From: a virus
Length of the DNA stretch: 64,000 bases
IMG/VR virus record: IMGVR_UViG_3300045256_000567
Reading direction: 5' to 3' (one strand)
The translations under genes and the position numbers were made by a program. Every line of letters starts with the position of its first letter. Position 1 is the stretch's first letter. Positions 60,260 through 64,000 of the stretch are shown here, in pieces. The notes under the pieces are model-generated. The model saw only the letters and a program-made list of their open reading frames with translations, was not told where the DNA came from and searched no databases.

Positions 60260-63200
60260 ATGGGAACATTCTACTCCAAAGACGGTCCAATACAAACTGA
60301 AAAAGACTACGATGTCGTGAAAAGGGTTCCAGAAGGGCAGGTAGTCTATAACTCTAAATTTCCTAACCTTGTTTTTTATCAAAACCAAGTACTTCCAATG
60401 AGAAATGGAGTAATTGTAAACTACCAAGATTCTGATTGGGTAATGGAAAATTATCAAAATTATTTAAGCAAATATAGTCAAAAGCAGCCTACTACACCAA
60501 TTAAACAAACCGAAGCTCCTTTATCAGAAGAAAATACTAGTAAAAAACTAATAGACCTTATTAGAGAAATAAATGCAATGCAGGACTTAGAAGATGTTAT
60601 ATCTCTAAATAATGAATTTTCTGATGCAGATTTAAAAAAATTAGAAGAAAAATATGGTATATATACTTCTTCTAAAGGAGAACTACTGATAAAAGAAAAC
60701 GCAAGTTTTGAACAAATTAAAAGCTTAGTCACCCTTTTACTTAGATATGAAGCTTATTTATTTACAGGAAACAAGGATATTTTTAAAAAAGATTCAGAAT
60801 TAGGACATTCTGATATATCCTTATTGGCGAAAAAAGAACTTAAAAAACTATTACATATTCCTATTCCTATTATTTATGAAAAATCAGGAAATACAAATGA
60901 AGCTATTAGTTATGCTATTAGCTCTATATATGATAAAAATATGGAATTTGATGAACTTGATATTGAATTAGCATCTATTATTTCAGAAAAAGGAAAAGAA
61001 TATTATAAATCTAAAAATAAACCATATTTTTCTATAAACCTAGAAAAAAATCAGCTTTCTATTGAAGCTGCTTCAAATTTAATGAAGTTTATACCATTTT
61101 ACTTTAAAGATTATTTAGGATTTGAAGGGGAAGATGATTTTATTGAAATAGAACAAATGATTAGTGCTATCCCTTCAGCAATATTTGGAAAAGACTTAAT
61201 TGATTTTTTATATAGCAAAAAACCAGAAATATCAAGATTACTTAAAAACTTTTTCTCCGACCAGAGTACAGGATTAATATATTCAACATGGGAATCTCTA
61301 AGAAAGTATGAATTTAGTAAATATGATAAAACTACTTTTTTGCTTAGTCTTTATGATTCTATGTTAGAGCAAATTGATAGAGAAATAAGAAAACTGTCTT
61401 TTATAAGTACAAATGCAGATGGAAAAAGCGATGCAATGTTTAATGCAGTTAAAGGAATTTTATCAGCATATTTATCAAACTCTGTTATGTATATAATGAA
61501 AAATCAAGATCTTCTTGATGACTTGAGATCAGTTAGACCAGACGAAGGATATAGCATTTTATCAGATAAGTTGATAGAATTTGAAAAAAATAACAATTTC
61601 CTATTCTTATCACGAGCACTCTCGCCTAGAAATCAAAGTACATTAGAAGCTAAAATTCTATTAGGATTTTTTTCAAATGAAAATTTAGATAACCAAAAAA
61701 TTAAAGATTTTCTACAAAAAGATATAAAAGATATAAAAGCTAAAAAAGATATAAAAAACTATGATCTATATTTACAAGATATAGAAAAAATATTTACCGA
61801 TATATTAAATCCAAGCTACAGGTTAAGAGATGAAATACAACAAAGAATAGAAGATTCTTTTGGAAAGGCGCACCCATATGTTAAAAATAAAGAAATTATT
61901 AGCGTACTTCCTTTTATTTTTTCAAATTTAAATAATCCTGTAATTTCTTCTGGCATAGACAAAGATTTTTTGAAGGGAGTTATGAACATTATAACTGAGG
62001 AAATAAGTAAGACACTACAAAATCCTTCTTTTAGTGATGACCTTAAAGAATATTTTGAATCTTTATTAGAAGAGACTTCAAACTATTTTAAAGATGAAGA
62101 TATAAAAAGCATGTCAAAGTTTCTGGTAAGTATATTACTTTCTACTAACGAAACAAATACTCCGGAAAATACAGAAAAAGTTAACGAATTGTTTAAAAAA
62201 ATGATGCAAAAACTTAAAAATTCAACATCAACTACAGAATTTGTCGAAAATTCTGAATTCATTTCTGAAACAGTAAAAATGTTTGAAGATTTATTTCATC
62301 CTCAATACAACGCTTACATAGGTTTTATTGAAATGAAACAAAGCTTGAATATATTGCATCTAAAAAAAGAGTTATATCAAGAATTGGTTGATTTAGAAGA
62401 ATCAAACTATACCTTGGCTTCAGCATTACAAGAATCACTGCTACAAAGAAAAGATAGTTTAATCTATCCTACAGGATATGAAAATTTCCAAAGCGATCAA
62501 GATAAAAATATAGCCGCAAAAAAAGAAAGAAAAGAATTTATAGATAATGCTAAACTTCGTTCAGTAGAAGTACTGAAGGAGGCAATAGATAAATTAAAAA
62601 ATAAAGATTTTACTACAACAGAAAGGTACGTTGGTGAGGAATTAGAAAAAAGAAAAAAAGAGCTGATAGGACAACTGTCTTATATTGCAAATTTTATAAA
62701 TTCAGAATATAAAACAGAACCTTTATATAAACTTAATGAAGCATTTTATAATGCACTCGATATTATAAAAAGTATGTATCAATTTTCATCTGATAAAAAA
62801 ACTAGAGATACTTTAATAAGCATTGGTGCTGAAGTTTTTTATTCCAAGTTTTCTATTTCGGATATATTGATGGAAAATAAAAACAATACAAACTTTACTA
62901 TATCTGTTTCAAGTGGTTCTCCAAGCACACATATTTCTGGGCATATATTTCTTATGAAATTAGTAAAAGATTTAGATAGATACAAAGAAATAGCAGTTAG
63001 TTTTACGAGTAAATATTCAGCGATACCATTACTGACCATATCTAAATATAATCAAAAAAGGACTCCTATAATTAATATTTCCAGAGATTCAGAAAACAAA
63101 CTATATATAGATTTTGCGCACTCCATATTTTATCCTTATTATGGAACGTCAAGCTCTAGCGATCAATTTGCAGTTAGTGAATCGGTAATAAAACCAAATA

Positions 63201-64000
63201 TTATTTCTTCTCAAAATATTCCTAGTAACTTATCGAATAGAATTTCTTCAACAAATTTTTATGATAATATACCAAGACCGCTACTTTCATCAACAAAAAC
63301 ACAGGAAATTTCTTTAGATTCTTTAAAAGAACTTTTGTTTTCAGGCCCAAAAACATTAGAAAGAATGTCATACGCAGAATCAATGGTTTGTAATTTTCCT
63401 CTACTTGTTTCTAATGAGAAATTTATGGGGCCAATAAGACCGGTTATTGATAATATATATAATTTTAAAGATTTAAGAGATAAAGGAACAAGAGCAAGGC
63501 CAATCGTTGTTATTAAAAGATCTTTATCTAAGTATGCTAGGGAATCTATAAAAAAATTAAAACTTTCCACATCTCCTTTAGAATTAGAAGAACATAAAAG
63601 AAGTTTAAACGAATACTTAGGAGCGAGCACACTCGATAATTTTAATGTAAATTCTTTTGATCATTTAATTGATGATGAGAGGGGAATGTTTAGAGAAACG
63701 TTCGGAGAAATAACAGGTTCCGAATACAAAAGAAATAAAGAAAGTTCGTTTACCAGTAACTATACAATACAGGTAACAACAAAATCTAAAGAAGGAATTT
63801 CAAAAAATTTTACTATTGTTCCTTCTTATATAAGTATCAATTCTTTCAAAAGAATTTCTTCTAAATTTTTGAATAATCTATTAAATCAATATATAGAGAA
63901 AAAAACAAAATCTCTGCAACAAAACCTAAATGAGGAAGAAAGAAAATTAATAGAAGTAGATGCAAAGGAAATTGAAGGAAAGATAAATGATTTTACAGTT
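60260..64000 (+). CDS. very large helical protein, 3'-truncated (>1240 aa)
   Basis: ATG 60260 (MGTFYSKDGPIQ...). The frame was open wherever I checked it, up to the last base; it is absent from the ORF track because it has no stop codon in the window. Confidence 0.8.
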   Translation, partial: MGTFYSKDGPIQTEKDYDVVKRVPEGQVVYNSKFPNLVFYQNQVLPMRNGVIVNYQDSDWVMENYQNYLSKYSQKQPTTPIKQTEAPLSEENTSKKLIDLIREINAMQDLEDVISLNNEFSDADLKKLEEKYGIYTSSKGELLIKENASFEQIKSLVTLLLRYEAYLFTGNKDIFKKDSELGHSDISLLAKKELKKLLHIPIPIIYEKSGNTNEAISYAISSIYDKNMEFDELDIELASIISEKGKEYYKSKNKPYFSINLEKNQLSIEAASNLMKFIPFYFKDYLGFEGEDDFIEIEQMISAIPSAIFGKDLIDFLYSKKPEISRLLKNFFSDQSTGLIYSTWESLRKYEFSKYDKTTFLLSLYDSMLEQIDREIRKLSFISTNADGKSDAMFNAVKGILSAYLSNSVMYIMKNQDLLDDLRSVRPDEGYSILSDKLIEFEKNNNFLFLSRALSPRNQSTLEAKILLGFFSNENLDNQKIKDFLQKDIKDIKAKKDIKNYDLYLQDIEKIFTDILNPSYRLRDEIQQRIEDSFGKAHPYVKNKEIISVLPFIFSNLNNPVISSGIDKDFLKGVMNIITEEISKTLQNPSFSDDLKEYFESLLEETSNYFKDEDIKSMSKFLVSILLSTNETNTPENTEKVNELFKKMMQKLKNSTSTTEFVENSEFISETVKMFEDLFHPQYNAYIGFIEMKQSLNILHLKKELYQELVDLEESNYTLASALQESLLQRKDSLIYPTGYENFQSDQDKNIAAKKERKEFIDNAKLRSVEVLKEAIDKLKNKDFTTTERYVGEELEKRKKELIGQLSYIANFINSEYKTEPLYKLNEAFYNALDIIKSMYQFSSDKKTRDTLISIGAEVFYSKFSISDILMENKNNTNFTISVSSGSPSTHISGHIFLMKLVKDLDRYKEIAVSFTSKYSAIPLLTISKYNQKRTPIINISRDSENKLYIDFAHSIFYPYYGTSSSSDQFAVSESVIKPNIISSQNIPSNLSNRISSTNFYDNIPRPLLSSTKTQEISLDSLKELLFSGPKTLERMSYAESMVCNFPLLVSNEKFMGPIRPVIDNIYNFKDLRDKGTRARPIVVIKRSLSKYARESIKKLKLSTSPLELEEHKRSLNEYLGASTLDNFNVNSFDHLIDDERGMFRETFGEITGSEYKRNKESSFTSNYTIQVTTKSKEGISKNFTIVPSYISINSFKRISSKFLNNLLNQYIEKKTKSLQQNLNEEERKLIEVDAKEIEGKINDFTV

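Noticed and set aside
60203-63630. Short minus-strand ORFs
   Set aside because: They are antisense to the long open plus-strand frame starting at 60260.
1-64000. tRNA genes or stop-codon reassignment
   Set aside because: No cloverleaf sequence was seen, and coding density under the standard code is high with all three stop codons in use.

Overview
AT-rich segment of a large lytic myovirus. The major capsid, sheath, portal and terminase resemble, from my recollection, the Thermus phage phiYS40/TMA group. The window carries nucleotide and replication genes (thyX, dUTPase, two-OB-fold SSB-like protein, SF2 helicase, RuvC-like resolvase, split class II ribonucleotide reductase) and most virion genes (portal, terminase, prohead protease, capsid, neck, sheath, two tube-like paralogues, baseplate). 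It also has a lysozyme-like endolysin, a GroES-like co-chaperonin and a >1240-aa ORF that runs off the right edge and is absent from the ORF track. The most unusual feature is a network of IS200/IS605 parts. (1) A catalytically intact tnpB without tnpA lies at 18797-19924. (2) Two stand-alone copies of its omega-RNA/right end lie at 24079-24312 and 48213-48409, with a further right-end hairpin at 20099-20131. (3) A motif TAGGYTTTCTGCAAAC-N1-3-TGCTATAAT occurs in about 8 copies. Read on the other strand it has the geometry of an IS605-type left end, and it sits directly in front of virion-gene operons as an apparent promoter. The predicted guide of the TnpB omega-RNA (TCGTAGGTTTTCTGCAAACG) is this same motif. 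I saw no tRNA, rRNA or CRISPR array. All calls come from reading the sequence by eye; no searches were run.
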